This document shows, piece after piece, positions 1 to 12,650 of a DNA stretch of 64,000 nucleotides. The notes under the pieces are model-generated. The model saw only the letters and a program-made list of their open reading frames with translations, searched no databases and had not been told where the DNA came from. The stretch is from assembly GCF_006345805.1 (NCBI RefSeq), contig NC_043006.1, forward strand, positions 86,056,001 to 86,120,000, in the 5' to 3' direction. The first letter of the stretch is position 1, and each line of letters begins with the position of its first letter. Made by a program: the position numbers and the translations under genes. The stretch comes from Octopus sinensis. Its lineage: Eukaryota.

Positions 1-1836
1 GATTGGTTCAATTTCGATTCCGATTTCACTTGTCCCAACAGGTCTTCGCAAGCAAAGGGGGGTTGGCATAGGTGCCTGTCGTTGGATGAGGTTCGATATC
101 GACTTCGCTTGCCTCAACAGGTCTTTGTGTCCAAGGGAGGAAAGGCATGCATAAGTGGGCTGGGCTCACTTGTCCTGCCTGGTCTTCTCACGCACAGCAT
201 ATTTCCAAAGGTCTCGGTCGCTGGTCATTTCCTCAGTGAGGCCTAAAGTTCGAAGGTCGTGCTTCACCACCTCGTCCCAGGTTTTCCTGGGTCTACCTCT
301 TCCACGGGTTCCCTCAACTGCTAGGGATTGACACTTTTTCACACACCTATCTTCATACATTCTCGCCACATGACCATACCAGCGCAATCGTCTCTCTTGC
401 ACACCACAACTGATGCTTCTTAGGTCCAACATTTCTCTCAGGGTACTAACGCTCTGTCGAGTATGTACACTGACATTACACATCCATCGGAGCATACTGG
501 CTTCATTCCTCGCGAGCTTACGCATGTCCTCAGCAGTCACGGCCCATGTTTCATTGCCATGTAGCATGGCTGTTCGTACACATGCATCATACAGTCTGCC
601 TTTTATTCTGAGCGAGAGGCCTTTTGTCACCAGCAGAGGTAAGAGCTCCCTAAACTTTGCCCAGGCTATTCTTACTCTAGCAGTTACACTTTCAGCACAC
701 CCACCCCCACTACTGACTTGGTCACCTAGATAACGGAAGCTATCAACTACTTCTAGTTTTTCCCCCTGGAAAGTGACGGAAGTTGTTTTCTGCAGATTTT
801 CAGAGGTTAATGCTCCCGAGCATCTGCCACATACAAAAACTATCTTCCCAGTTAGCCTTCCTTTTACATTGCTGCACCTCTTATGTGTCCATAGCTTACA
901 CTGGGTACATCTTATAGAGTTTCTACCTACACCTTTTTTACAGATCGAGCAGGGCCATCTTTCTGAAGACATTTGTGGATTGTCTACCTTCCTACTTATT
1001 AGGACTTTGGTTTTAGCTAGGTTGACTCTAAGGCCCCTCGATTCTAAACCCTCCTTCCACACCTGGAACTTCTCCTCCAGTTCTGATAGTGACTCAGCAA
1101 TTAGAGCAAGGTCGTCAGCATATAGGAGCTCCCAGGGGCAACCTGTCTTGAATTCCTCCGTAATTGCCTGGAGGACTATGATAAATAGGAGGGGGATGAG
1201 TACTGAACCCTGGTGGACCCCAACCTCTACTTTGAATTCTTCTGTGTACATGTTGCTAACCCTAACCTTACTTACAGCATCCCTGTACATGGCTTGCACA
1301 GCCCTCACCAGCCATTCATCTATCCCTAGTTTCCTCATTGACCACCAGATAAGGGATTGGGGGACCCTGTCAAAGGCTTTCTCCATGTCAACAAAAGCCA
1401 GGTACAGGGGCTTATCTTTGGCTAGGTATTTCTCCTGCAGCTGTCTCACCAGAAATATGGCATCAGTGGTGCTTTTCCCTAGCATGAAACCAAACTGCAT
1501 TTCGTCCAAGTTGACTCTCTCCCTAATCAGTTGGGCTATGACCCTCTCTGTAACCTTCATCACCTGATCCAACAGCTTGATACCTCTGTAATTATTTGTA
1601 TCTAGGGCGTCTCCTTTACCTTTGTAGCAGTTGACTTGTATGCTGCTACACCAGTCATTGGGTATGACTCCTTCGTGTATCACCTGGTTAATTATACGGG
1701 TGACTAGGTTATAGCCGACACTGCCAGATATTTTGAGCATCTCTGCAGTAATTCCTGATGGGCCTGGGGCTTTCCCTGTCTTCATGCTTCTAATTGCTTT
1801 AACTACCAAAGAATTGTCAACTCGGATGGCTGGTCC
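1..1836 (-). mobile_element. 5'-truncated RTE-clade non-LTR retrotransposon (RT, PHD insertion, 3'UTR running off the window start)
   Basis: ORF 166..1953 has RT motifs (KAFDRV, QGSVL, YADD, FRYLG, RRLRWYGHV, RGRGRPRKTW). Homology stops at about 1836 against a (TA)n microsatellite, so the ORF's N-terminal YI repeat is artefactual. Confidence 0.93.
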
Positions 1837-1862
1837 GATGAATATATATATATATATGATAA

Positions 1863-1903
<41 letters not shown>

Positions 1904-2002
1904 AAATATGTATATATATATATATATATATATGATAAATATATATATTTCACAAGCAGGCTGTTCTTCCGATCAAATTAAGTGAAACCCTCATCAACGT
2001 AC

Positions 2003-2100
2003 CAACGTACCTTGATTGATTGGTTGGTTGATTGGCTGGTTGGTTGGTTGGCTGGTTGATTGATTGAGTGATTGATTGATAGATAGATACATAGATAGAT
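2003..2100. repeat. compound tetranucleotide microsatellite (TTGA/TTGG/GATA)
   Basis: Direct reading. Confidence 0.9.
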
Positions 2101-2284
2101 TTCTTTATTGGCCATGCAGGGCTGAACATAGAAGGGACAAAATAGAAAATAGAGCCTTTTTTGAAACATTCACTAGACAAAACTTCCCTCTCTACTCTCA
2201 CCTTCCTCTTCAGTGGGACCAAGCCCGGAACTATGTGGTTTGTAAGCAAGCTACTTACCACACAGCCACTCCTATATATATATA

Positions 2285-2830
2285 TATTATATATAGGGTA
2301 TTAAATTTTTACAAATTTACTACCAGTGGCCTAGCATGCATAAAAAGTCAGTAGATAACATTATTCAATATAAAATAGTGTACATTTAAACACAAAGGGA
2401 TATTACCTATAACGGACAATTTCTACATCCTAGGAGATAGTCAAAATGACCGAAGACCACAAAACAATTTAAGCAATTTCAAAGGGAATGAAAAATAAAA
2501 ACTTTTACCTTGTTTTTACGGCTATACCTATAGGTTTCAGATTTTTTTAGTAAATAAAATAAAATAATTTAATTTACCAGGCAAATCCTCTTCAGTAACC
2601 GAGCCATCTAAGACTAACCTATAATTATGAGACTGATAGCACATGTCTCATCTCTATACATTATAATTTTTTCAAAATCCACTATGCAAGCGTAGTTTCA
2701 GTCGGCAGAAAATGAAGAATGCCGAAACGAACTTTGAAAAGCTAATATCGATACTGAGATATCTATATAGGGTATTAAATTGTAGAAATTGCCCGTTATA
2801 GGTAATTTCTCTTTGTGTTTAAATGTATTT
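2285..2830. mobile_element. non-coding Penelope-like pseudo-LTR/retrozyme-like remnant
   Basis: Contains the hammerhead, a direct repeat tatatagggtattaaatt (about 2290 and 2765) and a 47-bp inverted repeat (2381-2427 vs 2781-2827). Confidence 0.55.
2519..2601 (-). ncRNA. type I hammerhead ribozyme with extended stem II
   Basis: Minus strand reads CGGUUA-CUGAAGA-GGAUUU...AAAUCU-GAAAC-CUAUAG-GUA-UAGCCG. Stem I is CGGUUA/UAGCCG, the cores CUGANGA and GAAA are canonical, stem II is GGAUUU/AAAUCU, stem III is palindromic, and the cleavage triplet is GUA. Confidence 0.8.
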
Positions 2831-2989
2831 ACATATGTAAAACATGTATTTTATTGTGGCAAGTGGAGAAGGTTAAGTGTCTTAGGGCTGTATTCATGAG
2901 TGATTGCATGTAGGGGCCTGAATTGGATGCTAGAATTGGTGGTGCTGGCACAATATTGTGCCAACTTTAGCATTCAGTATGCAGCAGAG

Positions 2990-3125
2990 GAGAAGTTGGT
3001 AAAAAAGTTAAACTTGCTATCTTCAGTTTTGTTTTTGTGTCTCTTCTCACCTATGGTCATGAATATTGGGTAATAGTTGAAAGAGTACAATCACAATTAC
3101 TAACAGCTGAAATGAGGTCTCTGGT
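2990..3125 (+). mobile_element. old RTE-type RT C-terminal fragment
   Basis: Translates LLTYGHEYW...LTAEMR, matching the RTE LxYGxExW...AEMR motif. Confidence 0.55.
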
Positions 3126-3840
3126 CTAATGTTACTTGACAGGGTAGTAACTGAATGGTTAGGGTTAGGGTAACCAGCTTGTGTAAATAATGAGTTCTAC
3201 TTGAATGGTGGATAGCTAGTGTAAACATTGGGTGGTAGCTGAATTGGGGGTCATCATCATTTAATGTCCATTTTCCATGCTGACGTGAGTAGGATGGTTG
3301 ACGGAAATCAACAAGCTGGATGCCTTTCCTAATGCCAACTACTTTACATAGGCTATTGGATGCTTATTTCATGATACTGATACTAGGGAGAGGGAAAGAG
3401 AAGCCTCCTTAATCCAGTGGGGTTGTAGTAGAGGAGGAGGTGGTTTTATACCAGGTGTTGAGAGGGTAAATTATGATAGAGTGACAGGCACATGCATCTT
3501 GCTTCAGACGAAATAAATGGTTACCTTTCATTGCATATGGTTGGGTTAGGAGTACTAGGAAAGAAGACAATGATGGCGAGTTGCTAGTGTAAATAATGTG
3601 TAATATGTGAATAGTGGACAGCTAGTGTAAATAATGGATACACAACATATATAACAGGACTTGGTGCAGAATGACAAGAAGGCAGAAGATGAGAAAAGAA
3701 GCCAAAATGTCCATGATATAGTTTTTGGAACTTTAAAAGTGGATTTCATGAAATAATTAACTTTTCTACATCCTATGTAAAGGAGCAAAGGTAATACTTA
3801 AAATTCACTCAACCAATCTATTGATTTTTATTTTCTTCAG

Positions 3841-4099
3841 TTACAGAGCAGAAGTGCCAGATAATGAAGAAATAGCTGTTAACTGGGCAAATTACCAGTT
3901 GGAGAAAGCAGCAGGTCTCAATGGCAACAACACCCTAAAGGAGATCTCATCACAGAAGAGTGTCAATGGTGCCAAAAAAGAAACTACTCTCTTAAAGTCA
4001 GTCATCAAAAAACTTGAAATGGAATTGTTGAAAGAGAAGATGCTGCATCAGCGCATTGTTCGCAAGAAAACTCAAGAACTTTGTGAGTTGCAACAAGAG
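3841..4099 (+). CDS. CCDC61: CCDC61-like internal exon (coiled coil)
   Basis: Flanked by ttttcttcag and GTattc. Encodes ...VIKKLEMELLKEKMLHQRIVRKKTQELCELQQE and splices in frame to 7667. Confidence 0.82.
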
Positions 4100-5679
4100 G
4101 TATTCATTAGTGAATTTTATTTTTATTGTCATTTTCTGAAGTATGCATTCACTAAAATATCTTCTTTAAGTGGTTGCAACTGTGATGCATTTCAGAATGT
4201 TATGTCAGGATTCTGGCCTGGAGTGTTTTAAGAAACTTCAAAGCATTTAGTAATTGAGTAATTAAAAGTCGATTAGGTTAGCTTTCTTTGGAATATGTGT
4301 TGAGAGTATGTCTCTCTATGGAGTAAAAACCTAGACTGTGAAGAAGGTACTTGATACTATGTACACAAGGATTCTTGTGAAGGCATATGACTAAAGGGGA
4401 GATTTATTGACACATTCCACCAATGTACTATTATTGGTCAATTCAGGGTTAGCTTTGCTGGCCAATGCTGTCATCAGGCCATATCAGAAGTTGTATTTTG
4501 GAGACTTCCACTCTCATCTGGAAGATGAGAAACTACATTGATGTTATTGGCAGGCATGCACTACATGAAATTGAAGTCCTACCAAATCTAATGGGGGACA
4601 GATTCACTAATGTATATTATACATTCACTTAGTTTTTCTGGTTTTTTAAAAAAAATTTTTTAATGAATTTTGCTAATTTTTAATAATTACAATTTGTAAA
4701 AAAATATTGTCATTGATATGGCATAGTAAACTCATTATTTTAACATCCACTTTTCTCTGCTGGGTATGGTAGTTGGATGGGACTTTTTCAGGCAATGTTT
4801 TACAGATGGATGCTTTTCCTGATACCAGCTATTTTACTCACTTCTGATGACATGCAATGATATGGTGTACTTATTCTAGTAGCCAAGATAATCATCAACA
4901 TCATCGTTGTCATTGTTATAATGTCCACTTTTTCCTGTTTGTATTGATCTGACAATTCATTGAAGCAGATTTTCTGTCAGATACTCTTTCTTTTGCCAAC
5001 TCTTGTTTCCAAGTAAGGTGATATTTTCCCATGACTGGCGATGTTTTCATGAAAAGAATGACCCAGTTTGTATGATAGTAACACTCATTTCCAACTGCCA
5101 TGCAATATCAAATTGAGGAGACAGAAACACTTGCAGTTTAGCAAACGAGAATGATAACATGAGCACCACAACTTAATAAATAAGTTCTAGGGTTGATTCA
5201 TTTGACTAAAAATTCCTCAAGGCAGGATGGCCACAGTTTAATGACTGAAACAAGTAAAAGATAGAATATACAGAAAGTAACAGAAAACCTGATAGCTTTA
5301 TACTAAACTTTTTTTGCTAATTGTTTTTTTGTGTCTGTGTAGTTGTGAGCAGACACAAACATTCTCTTGGAGCTTCCCAGCTTTGGTCCAGTGGAACATC
5401 AATGATGTGATGGCTAGAGAGAGAGTGGAAGGCAACTACAATTCAGGAGTGGTACTAATTTTCCGCTGAGTAGGTTGGGTCTGCAAGAAACGTTGTACTT
5501 TATCCAAGGACACAACATGCCACACAGTTCAGGAATTGAACCCATGATCTTAAAACTCTGATCCCAACACTCTTACCACTAGGCCACACAATCTTACATT
5601 TCTGTTATCTTACAGAACAATAAATGTATCGACCTCTATCATAATTTCATTTAATATCTGTTTATCTTGATGAAATATA

Positions 5680-5814
5680 TGTAGGTGTAGATGTAACTTT
5701 GTGGTATGAAGTTAGGTTCAATCTGTGTGGCACCTTGGACAGGTGTCTTCTACTACTGGGTCAAGCAAAGCCTTGTTTGTGGATTTAATAGACAGAAACT
5801 GAAAGAAGCCTACC

Positions 5815-5835
<21 letters not shown>
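5680..5835 (+). mobile_element. degenerate tRNA-derived SINE ending in (TG)n
   Basis: Shares ggcaccttgg.caagtgtcttctact...gaaactgaaagaagcc with the 42131 copy. Confidence 0.7.
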
Positions 5836-5858
<23 letters not shown>

Positions 5859-6809
5859 ATGTTTTACTATGTTGTTGCCTTGACATTGTATGATAGGCGT
5901 AAAGAAATGCAAGCGGTGTCATTCATTTCCAGTCTTCCATGAAAACATGTAGTTATTGTGGAATATTGCTTTACTCGGAAACAAGTAAAGGTCGGTGACA
6001 AGAAATACATCCAGCCATAGACAACCTGCCTCAATAAAATTCTGCCTGACCTATGTGAGCCTGGAGCGGTAGGTGTTAAAGCGATGATGATCAGTCTCTT
6101 TCCCCTTCTTTCCTCCCTTCTTCCCTATCTCCCTCCCTCTGCCACCTCCCTGTGTGTGTGTGTGTGTGTGTATGTTAATCTGGTGACCCAAGCAGACATT
6201 TCTCTGTATTAGTTTTATAATTGTGACGTAATATGTTCACTAGAGCATATGTGACTTGAATTAAGGTTTTGTGGCTGGAATGCCTTGCCCATCTAACACC
6301 ACATTCAGTGTGTAGAATAACAATAATTAATTCATGCAATAAATATAGAGTTACTCCAAAATATGTGGAATATCTATGTTCTGTAATTTATGCAATCCAC
6401 GTCATTAGTGCATAGTAATATAATGATTGTAGCAATTATATAAAGTTTGTAGTTATAGTATTAGCAGTGTTTGTTTATACCTTCTGTTTTCATGTTTTAC
6501 ACATTGTTGTTTTCCATGAATAAAGAGAGATCATTAATTCAGACTTACAACTAAGAACTTGTAGCTTTCCACACTAAACTTGCTATTTCTGTTAGTTAAA
6601 TTTGTAAGTTGAAGCCATTTTCATTACCAACAAAATTACTGTTGTGGGATTGTAGTCTCTGCCTTTCTCCCCACCCCCCATTTTCTCTCCCATATAAGTA
6701 TGTATGCTTGCTTGCTTGAATTTCTCAGCAATGGATGGAGAAAGAGCTAGTTTCTCACCAAGAAACAAAGCTCTTTCATTGGAATTTAGACGGCATCAAC
6801 AGAGTAGTC

Positions 6810-7270
6810 TTGTGTGTGTGTATGTATGTTTGTATATCTGTGTATCTGTGTATGTTTGTATATCTGTTTATCTCACTCCATATCTATATCTATCTGCCTG
6901 TCTGTCTCTCTGTGTCTATCTATCTCTATCTCTCACTCTCTCTATATATCTATCTGCCTGTCTGTCTCTCTGTGTCTATCTATCTCTCACTCTCTCTACA
7001 TATCTATCTGCCTGTCTGTCTCTCTGTGTCTATCTATCTCTATCTCTCACTCTCTCTATATATCTATCTGACCCGTCTGTCTCTGTTTTTTTCTCTCTCT
7101 ATCTATCTTTCTATATCTATTTTTCTCACTCTCTATTTCACTCTCACTCATTCTATCTCACTCTCTACCTGTGTATATCTCTATTTATTTATCTATCTAT
7201 CTCTCCATCTATCTGCTTATCTTTCTCTCTCTTCTGTTCACTCTGTCTGTCTGTCTGTCTCTCTATCAAT
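6810..7270. repeat. complex (TC/TA/TG) microsatellite with duplicated 52-58-bp blocks
   Basis: Repeated tatctatctgcctgtctgtctctctgtgtctatc blocks. Confidence 0.85.
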
Positions 7271-7666
7271 GCTTAACAAGTACAATTCACAACTAGAAGG
7301 TACCAGGTTTCATTTCACTCTGTCACATGTTGGGCAAATGTTATTCTAAAGCTTGCTGAATACACTTGAAACATTAAATTTGAACAGCCATGTATTTCAG
7401 AATGGCCACCATGATAGTGTCCAAATGGTCCACTGAAGTCACCGATGAAGAAAATGATGTTGCTCATATCTACACAATTAAATTGTAGTTCTTCATAAAT
7501 GTTCATATTTAAGGTTCATGAAACTTCTGATTTGTTTTTTATTCAGTTTTATAAATTGATATTTTATATACGGTACAGTTGCTGTCAATATAATGAAATG
7601 AGGGAGAGTGAGGGAAAGAGGGATTGGGGAGATTACTAAATCTTTCCCCTTGTTCTCTTTATTTAG

Positions 7667-7746
7667 GTGAGGCAGCTTCGATCATCTGAACGACAGCTTA
7701 GAATACGAGTGAAGTCATTGACAAATGAACTAGCTGTTTATAAGAG
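7667..7746 (+). CDS. CCDC61: CCDC61-like exon
   Basis: AG/GT bounded. VRQLRSSERQLRIRVKSLTNELAVYKR matches the recalled CCDC61 motif ASERSLRARLKTLTSELALYKR. Confidence 0.9.
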
Positions 7747-8019
7747 GTACTTTAATGTTAGTTTACTGCTGTTTCTTAACTCTTAATATCCTGTCACATG
7801 TTGGGCAAATGTTATTCTAAAGCTTGCTGAATACAATTGAAACATTTTCTAAGTCAAAAGCTAAGTTCTGTAATGACTGAACAGAAAATATTTAAAAATA
7901 GGTTTGTTTATTCAAATGTTTATAATGTTAGATTATTGTGAAAATTGGAATTATCACAGAGAAGACTTAGTATTTTTTGTTAACAATCATTTAGGCTTGG
8001 TGGTGTGGAAGAGGATATT

Positions 8020-9400
8020 TAAAAAGAAATTTATCTTGTGTATATAGTTTTTAGTTGGATGCAAAATAGACAGCATATGTGGAGACTTTTTATTTACTTT
8101 TCAGCTTTGATGGTACTTTAAGAAGTACCCCAACAGAAAAAGTGAATTCAGCAAAGTTGGTAGAGATCCTTTTAGCAAGTGACCAGAAGGAATAGCTACA
8201 ATTTGGGAAATGGGAGAGATTGTGGGTTGTATAATGAATGGAGAAGTTCCTTGCATTTTGAATGATGGTTTTGCAGGAATTGTGGGGCTGAGTAAAAGCT
8301 CTTGAATTTGTAGGTGGTGGGGTTTCTTTCTGCATTTTAGGACATATCCTTTACTTGAACTGCTGCAGCTAAGTCACGAGTCAACCATGTTTGGGACTTG
8401 GGCCTGTAAGTTTTGGTTGTGTATGGAAAATAGAGGATCTTGCTCTAGAAGATGATTTCACATACATGCTTAGCTGTCTCTGATGGATCAGCAGTGAGGC
8501 ATATCCTAGGATAGTTAACTTAAAACTGGCAGAGGTACAACCAGTCAGCTGACTTGAATGAAAGAGGGTCGAGTATCTGTGTGGTGGTGGGGAATTTGGG
8601 AGGTATGTGAATGTATGGTGGGTAATCCTGATAAGGCAGTGGTTGGATATTCAATTCTTGCAGAGATATGTATGGTTTGGTAGCAGTTAGGTTTGGAGGT
8701 TAGGAAAGCAATCTCGTGTCTATATGTTGTGTGTGTCAGTCAGTGATGGGTGTAAGAAACATGGTTTATTAATTTAAAGAGGTCTATGGTGTTTGTGTGT
8801 TGGTCAGTGATGTGTGTAGGGGATGAAACGAGGTTGATGTATAGAATTAATGTGTTAGTGAAAGTTTCAGTTTCTGCAGTGTAGCAGTATAAGCTGTGAG
8901 CATTGAAGTCATGGAAGTTGATGAGTTCAGAGAGAGAGAGAGAGAGAGAAAAAGAGAGAGAGAACGGTGAAGTGAAGTGAAGTGAGAAAGGCTTCCTCAG
9001 TATAGGAAGTGGCATGGTTGTAGAATTAGTAGTAGTTAGAGAAATCTAGAGAGCAAATGAGGAAGCAGATTTATTTAGATGAAGAGACACCTTGAGCCAG
9101 AGTAAATGGAAGTCTTTACGGTTGATATCTAAGTGAGAGAGAGCCATGTGATAGGTGAGTGAAATCTATATATGCACTGACACAATCTTTTGGAGTGAAA
9201 TTTGAATACAGTGTGTCACCTGGAGAGCAGACACAGAGCATTGGTAAGGGTTGAAAAACTGTACCTTGGAGAAGAATCATACATATGGTTTACAAGTTAG
9301 TAAGGGGTAATGTGATAGTGAAGGGGTTCAAGTTCTTTTGGAATTTATGAATGTTAGAAGAGAGGAAGAAAAATGACCAAGTCTGGTTAGTTTTAGCTTT
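8020..9400 (-). mobile_element. highly degraded LINE (APE endonuclease region, Jockey/CR1-like)
   Basis: Minus-strand fragments HDFNAH (GDFNAH-like) and FWSLAKRISTNF; many disruptions. Confidence 0.4.
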
Positions 9401-11216
9401 AGGAATCTAGTAATGTGTAACGGGTGTTAATGTCCTGTGAGGCCAGGATGACTCACTGCTGGGAGCCTGGTTTGGATGCTCGTAAAGGTACCTGTCCATG
9501 TGAGGAGTTTTAAATTGGGTGGTTAGATGTGGCTACCACTCCAAAAGTTAATAAAGTGGAGTGGCTGTCTATGCTATATACAACAACATTACATTAGACA
9601 AATGATGAGTTTGTGTGTAAACATACCCAGGTACATGCATACACATAACATCCATATGCATGTATGTGTTTGTGTGTGCATACATCATACATACATACAT
9701 ACATACATACATACATACATACATACATACATACACACATACACACATAAACACACACACACACACATACACACACACACACACACAAATTGAGATAGGG
9801 GTTGTAAATGCAACCCTCCATGGGATAATGTATATCTAATATACTGCTAGTGAAGTACCCAACAAAGTTAATACATAAGTGTTAATGATTGCGATGCAAT
9901 CAATTCATTTACTGTATTATATGGGCAAAGGTAAAATGATTTACCACAAATTACTAATACAAGATAAGAAAATGGAGAAATACATCTAAATCAAATATCA
10001 ATTACCAGATAATACTCATGTCTCATTTTTCCAATATTAGCCTTTTATGGTAGGTCAATATATAGATATAAATGAGACATTTACAAAAATATCATAAGGC
10101 CTCTTCGGAGATTATGTAATATCACACGTCCCTCTCACACACACAATCACCAAGATACACACAAGAACACGCATACAAGTACATGCGAATGTCCGCAAGC
10201 ACACGTTGATGTACACGCACAAACTCCGGTGCAGCGCCACCCGAGCCCACGCCTGTGCCACAGAAATCGCACAACCCCCAACAAAACCCCCCAAAAAAAC
10301 CCACCTTATATGCTCATCGAGATAAACAACTTATAGTAATTATAGACTCTCACATATTACATATTGGTATAGCAAAAACTCAAACTAGTGCCCTAAGATA
10401 TGATGTGCATATACATCTTACACCTATAAAAGACTTTGTGGGGTTCCGAATATCATGCATATATCAGGATAACTATATATTTTTGTATGGGTTTTTTTTT
10501 TTTACGGTTGGTTTGTTGATGGTTGTGCGATTTCTGCGGCACAGGCGTGGGCTCGGGTGGCGCTGCACCGGAGTTTGTGTGCCAGCGTATGCGTGCGTGT
10601 CCGTGCATGTACATCAACGTGTGTACTCTCGCGCGCTGTGCTTGTGGACATTCGCGTGTACTTGTATGCGTGTTCTTGTGTGTATCTTGGTGATCGTGTG
10701 TGCGAGAGGGACGTGTGAGGGTGTGCCCGGCCATGAACTCGCGTGTCCGTGCGGGGGCGTGCATGCACATGTATGTGCATGTGGGTGCATTCCGGCGTAT
10801 CCACTTATACTTACTATATTAGGTTTATCTTTGTGCCCTCCTTAATTTGTATTCCATTTTATTTATCTATCTATCTATACATGGATATATATATATATAT
10901 TCATATTTATTTATTTAATTATTTATTTTTGTTTATTTGGCACTTACTAATCTATAATTAATTTAATTTATAATTAATAAACTTATTCTAAATTAACAGT
11001 AACTTCTGTAGGTGTGTGAAAATGTGTATGTATACGTATGTATGTTTTTATACATATAGGTATGATCGTGGGTGGATGTACAGATGTATGTTTTTATTAC
11101 ACATATGAGCACGCAGTTGCGTACTTGGATATGTATATATGTATATGCGAATATTTATTCTTGGGTGGATATAAATATAGGTTTTATTTGTACGTATGAG
11201 TGCGTAGATATATATT

Positions 11217-11270
<54 letters not shown>

Positions 11271-12079
11271 CGAAAGTTCCCTGACACAGTATAGGAAAGT
11301 GTATTAATATTTATGCGTATATGCGGATGTGCGTGTGAGTGTGTGTGTTAGTGTGAGACACTGCTGCCAGTACTGATATGTCTATAAGCCATGCGATGAC
11401 AGACATGCACTCTGCAATTTAGTGAATGTGTAGAGATGTGTCGGGGTGTATTCATGTGTGTGTGAGTTTCTGTGTGGATGTATGGGTTTAGGGTTAGATG
11501 TGGATGTGTATGTTTTGCTTGTGCGGGATGGTGGAGGTCAGGCGGCTCTAAATTGACCAACCGCAAGGAAGATAATGATAATTTTAAATTCAAATCCAAT
11601 AGTGTATTTATGTTATAAGGAAAATTACTAACTGGAACCCGGACATACATATATACCACTCTGGATCCTAATGTAAGCGTTATTAATAATATTATGAATG
11701 ATAATAATGGTAACATTAATGGTATTGACAACGATAATGATGCTAACTTTAATGACACTTTAGAAATTAGTATGAAGTAATATAATGTACTATTGACTAT
11801 GTATATTTGCATCTAGGTACTAATTTGTGTATGTTTATTATCACAATATTAAGTCGAAAAACTGAGACATTGAATGTAGAACACATATATATAAATCCTT
11901 AAAATCCTTAAAAATGTTTTAGCCCGAAGGCCGCGGCCATGCTGGGGCACCAATGTTTACTAATTTATATTATTTATTTATATTATTATGTATATGTATA
12001 TTTTTATATGTATAAGAGTGTGAGTATATGCACTCATATCCCTCTCTCTCTTTCGGAGAGGCACAAGCACCTACACGCA

Positions 12080-12240
12080 CATATACACACACGGCAGTTA
12101 CTTCCACCTACCGAATTCAATCACAAAGCTCCGGTCGGCTCGGGGCTATAGTGGAAGACACCTACCCAAAGTGCCACGCAGTGGGACTGAACCCGAAACC
12201 ATGTAGCTAGGAAGCAAGCTCTCTAACCACACAGCCATAT
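12080..12240 (-). mobile_element. tRNA-derived SINE head
   Basis: Reverse complement of ggctgtgtggttagagagcttgcttcc...ggttcagtcccactgcgtggcactttggg. Confidence 0.8.
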
Positions 12241-12305
12241 ATGTATATGTTGTATTATGGGTATGCACCCACACACATGTGGGTATATATGTAGACTGAT
12301 TTATA

Positions 12306-12443
12306 TTACATAATCTCCGAAGAGGCCTTATGATATTTTTGTAAATGTCTCATTTATATCTATATATTGACCTACCATAAAAGGCTAATATTGGTAAAAT
12401 GAGACATACTTATCTACATGGCCGAAACAGCTGTAAGATGTAA
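12306..12443 (+). ncRNA. variant type I hammerhead ribozyme with about 90-nt stem II insert
   Basis: AUCU-CCGAAGA-GGCC...(insert with augucucauuu/aaaugagacau hairpin)...GGCC-GAAAC-AGCU-GUA-AGAU. The core has U4 replaced by C. Confidence 0.62.
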
Positions 12444-12650
12444 TCTATACTTATATTTATATTTACTTATATTTATATTCTCTTTTATATATATTCTACT
12501 TATTATACAACATTACTCTTTTATGTACACTTTTTTATGTACATTCCTTTATGTACATTGATTTGTTCTGCTTTTTATATTTAACCCTACAGTCTCTTAT
12601 GTGGTGGTTTAATAAAGTATGTGATTGAGTATTATCTGGTAATTGATATT

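Larger units (their letters stand above)
9993..12650. mobile_element. Penelope-like remnant bounded by inverted pseudo-LTR copies
   Basis: 10019-10122 is the reverse complement of 12304-12407, and 9993-10017 of 12626-12650. The right copy carries a hammerhead. An internal GC-rich inverted repeat pairs about 10123-10290 with about 10510-10718. Confidence 0.6.

Noticed and set aside
413-1567. Antisense ORFs over RTE copies (also 19042-20196)
   Set aside because: Shadows of the RT frame, broken differently in the two copies.
6704-7349. 190- and 204-aa ORFs
   Set aside because: Translations of microsatellite sequence.
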